From contig OZ024743.1 in assembly GCA_964016885.1 (NCBI GenBank), positions 176,266,001 through 176,330,000 on the forward strand: a DNA stretch of 64,000 nt, given 5' to 3'. Positions 26,733 to 40,777 of this stretch are shown here, piece after piece. A program made the translations under genes and the position numbers. This stretch comes from Eledone cirrhosa. Lineage: Eukaryota. Within the stretch, counting starts at the first letter, position 1; the number at the start of each line of letters is the position of its first letter. The notes below the pieces were generated by a model that worked only from the letters and a program-made list of their open reading frames with translations, was not told the origin of the DNA and searched no databases.

Positions 26733-28361
26733 ATATATATATATATAACAAATACAAAAACCTATATCCAGAGAGGACTCGATAGGTGTTATGTATATAT
26801 ACTTATATATAAATACGTGCTGCAAAAGAGGATTTCCCTCCGATATGAATACATATATGTATGTACGTGTATGTGTATGTATGCGCACTTGTCTTTGTGT
26901 GTGTTTGTGTAATAATGGATACAAGACTGCTTTAAATTTATCTTTCTTGCAAAGGTTTTCCATATTTTTGGGGAGTTCAATGTAGTCTGTTTAGAACAGA
27001 AATATTCTTGAATCCATATGTTCCAAACAGAATCCATCTGTTCCAAACATATATGAAGCAAAAAAAAAAAAAAAAAAAATTAAGAGGATTTGATAAAATT
27101 GATAAAACTACAACACGGACGCGCATTGAAGAAAGTGTTATATATTGAATAATGCGTAGACTTTGGAATACTCCATTTCATTTCTTTATACTTAGTGGTA
27201 GATTAAATAAATATAAGACTTCCAATATTTCGAATATTTTGAATACTGTTGTATGGAATTATTCAAATTTCCCATTTATAGCTTACAGGAGATCTTAAAA
27301 GATATTTGCAAGCTAGAAATATTTTAGTCTCTTTAACGAGCAACTGGAATTTTTTCTGTTGTAAAAAAAGTAGACTGCTACATATAAAGAAAAGCTTTTT
27401 TTTAATAACAGAGACAGCAATAGACTAATGTGTTTGAATATGGCATTTAGCCAAAGAATATTAAAAATTAACGTCATGTATGTCAGGATACCGCATTAGC
27501 AAGAGAATTTTGAGAAGCATGAATTCAAACTATGACCGCATCACATTAAAATGTAAAGACTTTTGCTCTAATACTGTGATTTTGATTCTCGGACCAGGCT
27601 GCGCATTGAAACCTTGAGCAAGACACGTTGCCGCATTCCACTGTATCCTTGAGTAAGACATTTTATTTCACGTTGCTCCAGTTCACTGTATCCTTGAGCA
27701 AGACACTTTATTTTACACTGCGCCAGTCCATTCAGCTGGCAAATATCGGTTGTACCTGTAATTCACAAGGCCAGACTTGTCATACATTATGACAGACTGA
27801 CTCTCCCTGAGAGCCATTAAATATTCATTTCACGAGTAGGCAGTTCCGTTGATTGAATCAACGGTAACAATCATCTTCGGGAGCGACTGTAGGCCACTAT
27901 TGTTGTTGCAGTTGTCAGCTTCTTGATCAAGGAGGTCTATGTTTAAAAATGATCTAGCTGTGAACAACTCCACCATTTGAGGGTTATCTAAGATAGCCTT
28001 TCCCAATGAATCTTTCAATAATTATTCAAACATGAGTGTGGAATTTATGGTAATTTCACTTCTATTTTTAGTAACTCTAACGTCTAATTATAGACACCAA
28101 CAATCATTCACATTACTTCAACCACGTCACTTTTAATGCGTAATTTGAGATGTAACTCCTTCCTCATCCACACAGCCGGTCATTGCTCTGCAATACATTA
28201 TTAATGTCGGTATATAATTAATACGTAATGTTATCCTATAAATCTTACATTCAGAGAATGTGCAAATACACACAAGTATAAACACGTATAGACGTAAGGA
28301 GCGACACAAACTGTTATATACTCATAGATGCATACAATAGAATATATAACAATATATATAT

Positions 28362-28415
<54 letters not shown>

Positions 28416-28420
28416 TTATG

Positions 28421-28457
<37 letters not shown>

Positions 28458-28811
28458 TTATGTATATATATGTATATATATATATTTTTTTTTTCAATCA
28501 CATATATTTTTAATCACATATATTTTTATTTGTTTGACCCGAATTACTTGGTCGTTTTTTTTGCTGTGCGGATGATTGTTTAACCATCGTCTCAGTGTGT
28601 TTGGCCTTTAACGTATGTTGTAGCTCTGGTTCATCTGAATCATTGAGCGCTTGCCACACATCTCGGAAGTTGTTTTTCGTTAATTCTTAAGCCGAAATAC
28701 GATTCTCGCTAATTTATATTTGTATATATATATATATATATATATGTTTATCCCGGGTTCAATCAGGGGTAACCAAAGTAAGTAAGGTACTCAATACATA
28801 GCAGAGTATAA

Positions 28812-28942
28812 ATATTTAATATAAAAATTGGCTTCTACAGGACTAGAACTGTCTCATTCGGAGGAAATCGTTAGGAATGCCCGATGATTTCCTCCGAATG
28901 AAACATTTCTAGTCCTGTAGAACTCATTTCTATATTAAATAT
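28812..28942. repeat. Palindrome of two divergently oriented degenerate hammerheads (family H2)
   Basis: ttctacaggactagaactgtctcattcggaggaaatc mirrored by gatttcctccgaatgaaacatttctagtcctgtagaa. Confidence 0.8.
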
Positions 28943-28975
28943 ATATATATAAAGCAATGTTTTATATATATATAT

Positions 28976-29582
28976 ATCGTTCCTGTGTCAGTGTTGAACA
29001 AAAAGGTGACGTGGTTGCCTTAACACCGTACGGCATAAATTCAGGCTGTTCAGTTTGTTTACAAACGAACAAAGCGGGCGCTATAATAAGCGTCCGCTAA
29101 ACTGATACGTACATATATGTATGTGTACCTGTATGTATATATATATATATGCATGCTACTGTACGTCTGTATACATACATGTATGTACGTATACATACAT
29201 ACTTACATTTAAGTAAGTGCCGAACGAAGAGTGAGAAATGAAATTTCGTTTTCATTTTATTACAACTCATCGTTTTCAGTGCGCCTGAGCGATTTAACTC
29301 ACTCGATATGCAAATTAGGTTGCTCAGCCGTTAATTTTGATAAGGAAAGTATATACTTTCGAACGTTCAACCATCTGGCAGAAGGGTATACGGTGCTGAT
29401 GATAGCTAACAAGCTTGAAACTAGTACATCGTTCCTGTGTCAGTGTTGAACAAAAAGGTGACGTGGTTGCCTTAACACCGTACGGCATAAATTCAGGCTG
29501 TTCAGTTTGTTTACAAACGAACAAAGCGGCGTTATAATAAACGTCCGCTAAACTGATACGTACATATATGTATGTGTACCTG

Positions 29583-29662
<80 letters not shown>

Positions 29663-29713
29663 TGCTACTGTACGTCTGTATACATACATGTATGTACGTA
29701 TACATACATACTT
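28976..29713 (+). mobile_element. Retrozyme / Penelope pseudo-LTR-like element: 452-bp unit plus partial second unit, in (TA)n
   Basis: 28976-29203 is repeated at 29428-29713, with the hammerhead at the junction. Confidence 0.75.
29390..29432 (+). ncRNA. Minimal type I hammerhead ribozyme (predicted cleavage after GUA at 29426)
   Basis: ACGGTG-CTGATGA-T-AGCT-aaca-AGCT-T-GAAA-CTAG-TA-CATCGT: 6-bp stem I, 4-bp stem II, palindromic stem III. Confidence 0.85.
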
Positions 29714-30247
29714 ATATATATATATATATATATATATATACGAATATAGACGAACCGAGAGTGTTTTTGATTGAATACTTATAAAAATGAGAAAGCTCCT
29801 CGCTAGAACAACCAATAAGTTTTTTTCTTTGTTATATGTATTCATATATATTTATGTGGATATTCTGTGGTACTGTGATTGGAAGACCACAAATCAAAGA
29901 AGTACTCGGTCAATAGTAAAACGAGGAGATGGTACATTAGTAGAAGTAGAAGATCTGCCTCGAGGTGGGTGGTTTCGGCTAGTTACCTCTATATTATTTA
30001 TTTAACTTCATGCATGGAGTAAAAGCGTTACCTAAGGTTTCAATGCCCTATTTTGACTAGGTGACAAGATTGGAACAGGGCCTGACAACTAGATCTAAAA
30101 TTTTATAGAAATGGTCATATTTGGGCATTGAAACCTTGGTTAGTGCTTTTGTTCTGTGTATGAACATAAATAATTAATATAACAGCCCTTATACCTGATT
30201 GAGTACTCTTTTGCTTTTTCCTTTATCACATCAGCCAATATTTTATT

Positions 30248-30281
<34 letters not shown>

Positions 30282-30366
30282 TGTATATATAATATATACG
30301 CACACACATATAATATATATATATTATATATATAATACGCACACACACACATATATTGCATATATA

Positions 30367-30937
<571 letters not shown>

Positions 30938-31997
30938 ATATCTCCCCATTTTTTCACATATATTTACCTAAACTGCGATTCTGTTTTTCTCTCTCTCTCT
31001 CTTACTGCTCCCTCGTTCTCTCTGTTTCTCTTACTTTCTTTCGACCCCTCTGTCATGTCAGTTAACACTTTCTCTCTACTGACCTCTTCCTCACACTTCC
31101 ACTCACTCACTCACTGTTTCTTCCCTTCTCACTTCACCCCGTTCGCGACGAAAACAATTTCCTTCTTTCTTACATTTGGATTCATCTCGAAAGGTCTCTT
31201 TTCTACGCGCTCATATATTCACTCAGCTTATGCTGACAGAATAACTATGTAGCTTGTGCCCTTCCTATCTACGGTTAGCTTTCCTCTTTGTTGTTACTTG
31301 TCTCACTTGCTTTACGCGTTTTAATTGTCCTAATAACTTAATTTAGTTATTATTGCACCAACGTGAGGTATATAATTTTTAATGCAATGATATATCTATG
31401 ATCGTTGGCAAATCACTGATGAGGGACTCATTTTATAACATGTTATCCATGTGCAGCCTGCAGTATTCTTCTCCCCATTTTTTCACATATATATATATAT
31501 ATACATACGTACATACTTCTTTACTTATATACATGCATACATACATGCACACGTGTTTGTGTGAAAGTATGTGTGTTTGCAAGTATATATATATTACTGT
31601 ATCTCCATATAGCTTCAAACCATATTTCTCATTCTTTAGAATATCACTTTTATTTTTTGTATTTTATTTCATTTTATTTATGTATTTATTCATCTGTTGT
31701 TTTTTAAACTTCGTTCAGAAGAGTTAGTCTTACTTTTATCTATTCACTCATAAACACCCTTTAGTCTAGAGTAATATTTTTTCCGAATTTCTTTTAACTA
31801 GTTGTTTACTAGTATAAATTTCCATCAAACTAATTTTATCTACCTCATAACCATTAGTTATATTTACCGTATTTCAGTGAATATAATTAATTTACGTTTC
31901 TTTTGTGCCAGAAATACTATACTGTCTACACATTTATGTCTAGAACTAATAAATTAGTGTTATTAGCTTAGACTTTTTCTCTATTTATTATATTATG

Positions 31998-32460
31998 GAG
32001 TTGTGTAGCTTAGTGGTTAGGGGTGTTAGCCTCATGATAATAATTGTTTCTACTTTTGGAACAAGGCCAGCAATTACCCAGTGCATTACTGGTACTTTAT
32101 TTTATCGACCCCGTAAGGATGAAAGGCAAAGTTAACCTCGGCGGGATTTGAACTCAGACCATAAAGGGCCGTAACTCTTTGCTGCAAAGCATTGCGTCTG
32201 ACACTCTACCGATACTGCCTACCAGGCGAAACTTTGTGTCTTTCAGTAAGACATTTTTATTTACAGTTGCTGCTTTCCACTTAGCAGGAAAACAATAAAT
32301 TGCACCTGTAATTCAAATGGCCAGCTTTGCCATACCCCGTGTCACCCTGAATCTCCCTGAGAACTATGTTAAGATTAGTCCTACCTGTAAGGTTCTGATT
32401 TACTTGCACGTGTAGTCTATTTCGTTGATCAAAACACTGGAGAACTCGTCGTCGAAAGCG
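31998..32460 (+). mobile_element. Family 2 SINE interrupted by an antisense family 1 SINE (~32043-32225)
   Basis: A box tagcttagtgg; the body resumes at ~32235 (agtaagacatttttattt); inner copy has ggatttgaactc and tttatcgaccccgtaaggatgaaaggc. Confidence 0.7.
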
Positions 32461-33455
32461 ATGGAGACCTAACACACATTTAATACATTACTTTTGCTAT
32501 AACATATATTTCCATTCTTATGTGTATATTTCTTGTTCCTTCATCTTTTCTCCATCTCTTCGACTACCCCTTCTTATTTATAAACATACACATATAATCT
32601 TATATCTTTTTATCTCTACACCCTTACACACACACACGCACTCTCTCTCTCTCTCTCTGTCTCTCTCGTACATACACACACATACACACATATACACAGA
32701 CACATACACACACATTCTTTCTCTCTCCCACTCACTCTATTCCTAAATACCACAAAGCGTTTTGTCGGATGCTCTAATGATTACGGGAATTAATGATAAT
32801 TTCTCCCCTAGAGACAAGGCCACAAATTCGGGAGAAAGGTTGGTACATTAAATTAGTCTCAGTATTTGATTAGTATATTATTTTATCGGCCCCAAAACGA
32901 TAACAGGAAAAGCTGACCTCGGCAGGATTTGAACTACATATCTAAAGAGTCGAAATACATCCCACAATGTTTGTTCGATGCTCTACGGATTCTGCTATTT
33001 TTCTGGGGTAACGAAAGGGAACAGGCCATTAAATGGGTGCAGTATATAAGCTACTGCAGCCGTCACTCGCAATAGACTATGATTCGGCAGTATGTACCAT
33101 GATTTTCTTAAGGGTTTAGGTGCCCAAGCAGTTGCGAGTTGACACAGAGATCCTCTCCACCCTCGTTCGCTTGATTCAGTGGAACATCCAGGCTGTGACT
33201 GCTGGAAAGAAAGAGGGCAGCACCAGTATTGGGTCTAATCTTTCTTTATCAACCCAAAAGGGTAAAAACAAAATGAATCCTAGCTGGGTTTAAATTAACA
33301 ACGCAGAGCCCTTGAATAAATATCCAACGCTCTAACACTCTGCCAATTTTAACCCCTTGGAACACGTACATAATGCATTTTATGAACTCACACATACACA
33401 CATACTATATAGGCATACATACATATGTACATGCATACATACATACACAGATACA

Positions 33456-33714
33456 TGATAGTTGCCCCCTCGTTATCGAGTATGGCCATTGCACGATATA
33501 ACATTATTAGTAATTATTAAATAATTCTATCGTGCAATGTCTATGCGTGAAGATTTTTTTTAAAGTGAGGAAAGACTGTGCACTGAGCCAATCCCACTCT
33601 CTGAGCGACAGTAGCTATAACCCGAAAAGAAGAAAAGATCAACATCATCGGTAACTACTGAGCCGCAGGTTTTATGTCGGAGTTATCCCAGTTTCCTGAG
33701 TTGCCTTCTCCTAG
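33456..33714 (-). mobile_element. Subfamily B RTE derivative, 5'-truncated
   Basis: Matches 7591-7850. Confidence 0.82.
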
Positions 33715-34574
33715 TTGCCTTCTACATATGTGCATCTATACATACATACATACATATATACATACATATATACGTGCATACATACATACATATATACATA
33801 CACACATACATACTATACATACATACATACATACGTACGTAAGTACATACATACAACGTTGACATCCGATTCCCAATTTATACACCGAACATTAAAGTAA
33901 CGTAAATGAAGCCCGTAAAACATTAAATCCGGCTCGTTTCCTTATCTGACATGCACTCTGGAATAAATGGAAACCAAGCTAATTAGGTGCAAAATATACA
34001 ATTTACTGTGGCACTTCTCAACACTGTAATTATAATAAAGATGTTCCCCACACTTTTAAAAAGCTGGTAAGAAACAAAAATATACAATCCGACGTTCACA
34101 AATTATCTTCATAATACATTACTGTGCACGCACAAATAAACACACACGCATGTGCGCACACACTCGAAGAGAGGGAATTCATAAACACATGCACACACAT
34201 ACACATATATATATTTGAATATACGTATGTATGTATTTATGTATGTATGTATCTATGTATGTATGCATGTATGTATATATAGTATGTATATATATATATA
34301 CATATATGTATGCAGATTTAAATTTTGGAATCAGAGCCAAAATTAGTTATAACATAACGATTGGGTATAAATCATGAGAAACATTCTTGAAAATTGGAAA
34401 ACAACAACAATATATAAGAACAGCATATAACAACAACAACATCAATCAACAACAACAACATCATACAACAACGACATCAAAAAACAACAACAACATCAAA
34501 CAACAACATACAACATCAACAAAAAACAACAACAACACAACGAAATTTTTTGTTATTATTACTGATATCAGTAT

Positions 34575-35000
34575 GGGTAGTTCAAATCCCGCTGTGGTTA
34601 GCTTTTTGGCGGTTAAATCGACCCCAGTGCATTACTGGTGGTACATTTTTTTATCGACTCTGTAAGGATGAAAGGTAAAACTAACCTCGACAGGATTTGA
34701 ACTGAGATCGTCAAGGGACGTAACTCTATGCCATAAAGCATGTTGTCCGACGCTCCACCGATACTGCCAATCCACCGTAGGTGTTTAATATCAAACTCTG
34801 TAGAAGTATGGTAGAACATCTGATACAATTCTATTGCAATAATTATTCTGACTCTTGACATTCAACTCCCATTATGGTCAACTTTGCCTTTCATTCTTCT
34901 ACGGGTTAATAAAATAACGTACCACTCAAGTACTGGGTTGATTTAATCAATTTCAGGCTTTCCCCAAATTTGCTATCATTGTGCCTATATTAGAAATCAA
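34575..35000. mobile_element. Two family 1 SINEs in opposite orientation (34600-34778 minus, ~34850-35000 plus)
   Basis: Shared core and B box with the 39.1 kb copies. Confidence 0.7.
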
Positions 35001-36118
35001 TATTAGCCTATACAGCTTAAGATAATTCACACGTTGATGGATATTTCTATCATCTTATCAATCTCGACAGTTACTATCAACAGTTATAATTCACTGAGTA
35101 TGTACACCAGACACAAATCCTGGTAAAAGTCAATGTCAAGAACAATAAAGCTATAAGTAGACATCGTTCAAAAGTTCAATAATTAGATTTACCATTGTGT
35201 TGACTCTCTTTTCAAATTTTTCTCACTGAAACAAAGACGTCCTCCGTGGTTGATAGAAAGAAAGATGGAATTTCATTGGAATCAATAGTATAGACCCGAA
35301 TACTTGAAACATAGCGAACTTCGTAAAAGACAACTAGGCTCGGGGTGTGTTAAACCGAGCGACGGATTAAGTCTAGCAGTAAAGAACAGGAATAATCCCT
35401 TCTTCCACCAGATTTTCTGTTATTCTCAAATTGATTTCACACAGAAAGCTTTGGAAAGATCTTGTCAAAGGTGATGTGCAGGGCAATCGAACCAAAGACT
35501 TCGAAGTCGAGAAGCTCTTAAACATAGAACAAATGATGCTGCGACCGTTAAATTCTTTTTTAATCACGGCAGGATGGGGAAAGGATGGGCTCCACTGAGA
35601 TTTTGAATGGCCAAAACACGGCATGTGTCAGAACTGTGCCCCGACAACTCAAAGAGTCGTTATGGGTCTAATCTTCTCTTCTATCATCAGATAGATATCA
35701 AGGTATTTCTTGTCTCTCTTCTCTTTCATTCAGCGATGGTTAGCAGACGTATCTTTGATCCGTCTCCAATCAAATGTGAACTCACTATTCATGTTGTTGT
35801 GTATATTAGGAATAAAGCAGCTGGCATACCAGTATTTAACTCAATCAGTCATGTTCATGGTCATAATTGCCTTCGTCTTACAGTCTCTGATTATTATCCT
35901 GATTAATTATAGCTTTGTCCTTGGTGGTTTAGTATTTGATTTGTACTGACAACAAGCATAATCATCATCACCAGCAGCTATTACAACAGTGACAACCACA
36001 ATCATCCTCATCAGCAGCTATTGGACATAATAGAAACCGATCGTAACACCGGGATTTAAAAATAACGTTAACAATAACCAAAAAACTTCTTCTACCACCA
36101 CCACCACAACAACAACAG

Positions 36119-36166
<48 letters not shown>

Positions 36167-36987
36167 GTGCTGCTGCTGCTGCTGCTGCTACTACTACACT
36201 ACATCCAGTCAACAAAGCCAGACCACAACTTCATCAGTCATTCATAACAATGGGGGGAAATGGTAGTGGCAGGGATATTGGTGAAGACAAACGATACCAA
36301 ATAAACCTTCAAGTATCGGCCATCTTTCTCTTCTCTCAAATTACTGTTAAATGTATGGCTAAATGAGGAGGTGAAATGGATACCTAGCGTTTGTTCAGTG
36401 AGCAACAATTGACCGATTGACCAAGCGTTCGATACACCAATTACCATGATGAATGCCAATATTAAAATGAAACTCCAGCTTCAATATCACCCACAAGAAA
36501 AGGAATATAATAAATATATAAATAAACCAATGGGGAAAAATCGATTAAAACGACGAAAACAATGCAACAATGCAGAAGAGAAAAGAGAAGGAACCCCCCC
36601 CCCCCCCCAAAAAAAAAAAAACATTTCGAAAATAGAAACCAACAACAAAAGATCAAAATAAAATCACTTTTAACTGTCTTTTCTCATTAGATTTATTAGA
36701 TATCTGTTGGAGCTGACGACTGTCCTACACAGATTTTAAACGACAAATTATAATAGAAGGGAAAATAAAGGAACTGAAATTTTAAAAAGAAAGTGGAAAA
36801 AGGGACGAAAGAATTCAATATAATGATTTGAGATTTTCAAAGCTCAAGTTGAAATTTCTCAATGAAACTGCAGTAGGGACACTGAGTAGATAGGTAAATA
36901 TTTCTTTATCTCATTTGCGTTTCCCAAATTTATTTGTATATGTATATATATATATGTATATGTATATATATGTATATATATATATAT

Positions 36988-37603
36988 ATGGTGGCTGCCA
37001 ACTCGTTTTCGAGTACGGCCACTACTTTATATCCATGTAGGAGAACCCCTACCAATGCGCTGAACGAGTGTGACTTTTTAGTCCAGCCAGCGACTTGAAA
37101 ACTCTGGTACAAACACTGCACTTGTGACAATTATTGACACATAGTGCTGGGCCCATGGTACCATGTGACGACAAGTGCAGAGAGATCAGAGATCTCCAGA
37201 TATAAAGCAATGCCTGTGCCGTGAAGCTTTTATAGTGAGCAAAGGCACTGCACAAAGCCAGTCCCACTCTCTTAACCAAGATAATATTTACCAAAAAGAA
37301 GAACAAGTCAACAACATTGGATACCATCAGGGTTGCAGGTGTTATATCAGAGTTTTCCTTCTCCTAGAATTCTGCCTTGACAAAGGCTAAGGGTCATCTC
37401 TCCCAGTGATTTTGGATGGCCATTGACTCTAAAGAGCTCCTTTGCCCTTTGACAGGTTTTGTTTTTAGTCCTGCAGGATGTCCAAAGTCACCCTCCTCAC
37501 CAAGAAACCTTGGTGGGGTTACCAGTTTAGTCGCCAACGACCCGACCATGGGACAGGTTGTACTGGGATACATGTTACCAGTAGCACCAACTGGTGACCT
37601 GAC
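36988..37603 (-). mobile_element. Full-length subfamily A RTE derivative
   Basis: Near-identical to 14571-15208; flanked by TA-rich microsatellite. Confidence 0.88.
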
Positions 37604-37622
37604 ACATATATATATATATGTG

Positions 37623-37654
<32 letters not shown>

Positions 37655-37661
37655 TATGCAT

Positions 37662-37852
37662 CAGACCTGTCAACTCTCCCCGTCGGACGGGGACATCTCT
37701 CACCCACCTTGGAGTGGGTGAGAGATGTCCTCTCATATGAAAATGTGTATAGCTGTAATCCCCCCCCCCCCATTTTGACTCATTTCTCCCCGTTTTAGGA
37801 CACTTTGTTTCGTGGTACTCCTCATCTGGGTTTTTAGAGGTTGGCAGGTCTG
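37662..37852. mobile_element. hAT-like MITE
   Basis: TIRs cagacctgtcaac / gttggcaggtctg; imperfect 8-bp flanks atatgcat / atatatat; internal perfect 17-bp hairpin. Confidence 0.7.
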
Positions 37853-37879
37853 ATATATATATATATACATATATATATA

Positions 37880-38033
37880 AGTTGAAATAAAATGAAAACG
37901 AAATTTCATTTCTCACTCTTAGTACGGCACTGTATGGCATAAATCATGCTGTTCAGTTTGTTTACAAACGAACAAAGCGGCGTTATAATAAGCGTCCGCT
38001 AAACTGATACGTGCATAAATGTATGTGTACCTG

Positions 38034-38073
<40 letters not shown>

Positions 38074-38127
38074 TGCTACTGTACGTCTGTATACATATAT
38101 GTATGTACGTATACATACATACTTACA
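37880..38127 (+). mobile_element. Second copy of the 29-kb hammerhead element, with an inverted 5' segment
   Basis: 37931-38127 matches 29027-29207; 37880-37930 is the reverse complement of 29217-29266. Confidence 0.8.
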
Positions 38128-38162
38128 TATATATATATATATATTATTAAAATAACAGATTA

Positions 38163-38215
38163 AAGTTTAAGCAAAGAATCGCTGCTTTCACCCTTAACGG
38201 GATCTTCTGAAACTC
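38163..38215 (-). ncRNA. Type I hammerhead variant (core CAGAAGA) in a ~140-bp palindrome (38143-38284)
   Basis: Minus strand: GAGTTT-CAGAAGA-T-CCC-gttaa-GGG-T-GAAA-GCA-loop-TGC-TT-AAACTT; all three stems pair. Confidence 0.65.
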
Positions 38216-38379
38216 TTCAGAAGATCCCGTTAAGGGTGAAAGCAGCGATTCCTTGCTTAAACTTTAATCTGTTATTTTAATAATTATTTGCTCTACGGTT
38301 CTTATATATTTGTTATATATATTTATCCTTATCGAGCCCTCTTTGAATTTTAGTCTTCAAATTTATTATTATTACTATA

Positions 38380-38454
<75 letters not shown>

Positions 38455-39128
38455 GAGTAACGGGCTCAATCAGGGACAACCACAGTTAGTAATAGTAAGG
38501 TATTCTACATTAGTAGGGAGTAAACATCAAGTTTAATATAGAAATGGCTTTTACAGGAATAGAACTGTTTCACTCAAAAGAAATCATTAGGATGCGTGGC
38601 TCAAGATCCTTTTAAATGCAATAGACCGACTCCAGCCCAGTCTGCACATCACATTTTTTAATGAAGCAAAACCAAAATCTCATAACATGAAACATTGTTT
38701 TGATTTTAATATATACACTCTGCCACAGCACAGGTTACTGATTTTGGTACCTTTCTCAGTAAACCACGAATCTATATAACACCAATAGCACTAACACAGC
38801 ATCGTTCTTGTATTTGTTGCAAGTGAGTAAATGTTCCCGATGACGAATAAAGCTTCAGAGACAGTTGTGTGGCAGTCTGAGAGAGCCGAGATGACAACTA
38901 AAACATTCATAGCGAGACTGTTTCATGTTTCTAATACATAAACATATCGTATATGTTTTTATATACATCTTTAATAGTATATACATTTTCAACTGGTGGG
39001 AAAAGGATGTGGGTCTTGTTTTAACACATAATAACAGGCGTGATGGGTGTGGTTAGATAATGGATTACTAGATTTTTTTTTCTAGATCAAATATCGGATT
39101 ATGTTCGTTGTTATTATTTATATATCTA

Positions 39129-39755
39129 AGGGCGGTGGATTGGCAGTAACGGTAGAGGTTCGGACGCCATGCTTTTGATCTGAGTTCAAATCCTGCCGAG
39201 GTTAACTTTGCCTTTCATCCTTACGCGGTCGATAAAATAAAGTACCAGTCATGCACTGAGGTCAATTTAATCGACTTTCCCCTCCCCCAGAATTGCAGGC
39301 CTTGTGCCTATATGAGAAACCATTATTTATATATCTATTAGGATGGTGAATTGGCAGTATCGGTAGAGCCTCTGACAACACGCTTTGCAGCATACAGTTT
39401 ATTAGCCTTTACGCTTTTTGTTCAAATCCCGACGAGGTTACCTTTGCTTTTCATTCTTACGAGGTCGTTAAAATAAACCACCAATAATGCATTGGGGGTC
39501 GATGTAATCAACTTTCCCCTCCTCCAAAATTGTTGGCCTTGTTCCTAAATCAGAAACCGTTATTTAGCAGTGGATTGGCAGTATCGGTAGAGAGTCGGAC
39601 GCCATGTTTTCCAGCACAGCTACGTTCCTTTACGGTCTGAGATCAAATCCCGCCGAGGTTCACTTTGCCTTTCATCCTTACGGGGTCGATAAAATAAAGT
39701 ACCAGTATTGTACTGGGTAATTGCTGGTCTTGTGCCAAACGTAGAAACAATTATT
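39129..39755 (+). mobile_element. Three tandem family 1 tRNA-derived SINEs
   Basis: A box tggcagtaacgg, B box gagttcaaatcc, core gcctttcatccttacggggtcgataaaataaagtaccag, and an AT-rich tail. Confidence 0.88.
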
Positions 39756-40159
39756 TATTTAGCTACTTTTGTTCTTTACAAAGACGTTTGAATTATACTT
39801 TATTGGTATATTACTGGTATTTATTTATATTTACTTTCGGAGAGTTTAAATGTTCGTCTGAATCAAACGGTTAATGAACTTAGATGATTAATGGCCTTAG
39901 GTAACTTGAAACTTTAACTTATTTAGCATGGCGTTCTATTGATTTTCCCATGTCTGGCAATAAAATATTTAAAACATATTGTTTAATAAATAAATAAATA
40001 AGATTACTAGTGGTCGTGTATATATTTTATGTAGAACGAGGTGGAATACTGTCTGGTCACAATATGGTGAAAAGAGGACTTAATTAAAGATTTCCCAATT
40101 ATACATATCATATTATATGAGATATTATCACCATTAATTCAAGACAATGAAAATCGAGC

Positions 40160-40400
40160 CCGTTAATGAGCTGGCCAGCCGCAGGTGTGAGCCTCGCGAG
40201 ATGGAATGGCTTTCCAGCGCATCTCCCTTACCATCCTCCGGGGAAACGCGTTCTCCATTCTGTCCGCCGGGGCTGTGGGACGGCCAGCACATGGGACCCC
40301 ATTTTCTCACAATACAGAGAGATGGGGAGGGCGAGAGAGATGGAGGCGATGACAGTGGGAGTTCGGCTCTTCCGTGTTCGGACACATTACACCTGTCATG
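40160..40400 (+). mobile_element. 3' fragment of an RLE-type (CRE-like) non-LTR retrotransposon
   Basis: GC-rich island. EPREMEWL, then a frameshift, then FQRISLTILRGNAFSILSA, resembling the C-terminal QRxSxxxxRGNA motif of CRE-like elements. Confidence 0.6.
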
Positions 40401-40777
40401 TGGATCTTGTGATAATTAGTTGAAATCAATGATAAAAAATGGTGTACATAGAGTGTTGAATTATTTTTACTGAAATAAAAATATAATAGTAAAAATAAAA
40501 GTAAAAATTGTATCGAACTATTGATGCATATAGAATCATCATATTCATTATCGCCATTGCCTTACAAATGAAGAGAAAATGTTTAACACAAAATAGGCAT
40601 ATATTTATGTCCCACGGTCATGGTGTTGATGGAGGTAGGGACACTTCAGAAAATTATAAGAAGTTACATGTTATCTTAGCGTGTGATCTACCGCAGTATC
40701 CGTAGTCTACAGAGTGTAATGATCTGACCTCTATGTCGGGTTAGAATTAGCGTTAGAGTTAGTATTAGGTTTTGTAG

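Noticed and set aside
35373-35624. 83-aa minus-strand ORF as a host exon
   Set aside because: No recognisable domain or splice context; probably a decayed LINE fragment that I cannot classify
37797-37828. CAGATGA...GAAAC...GTC hammerhead-like string on the minus strand
   Set aside because: No stem I pairing, poor stem II, and it lies inside a TIR-bounded MITE
39129-39755. tRNA genes
   Set aside because: A and B boxes are present but there is no cloverleaf, and they continue into SINE cores
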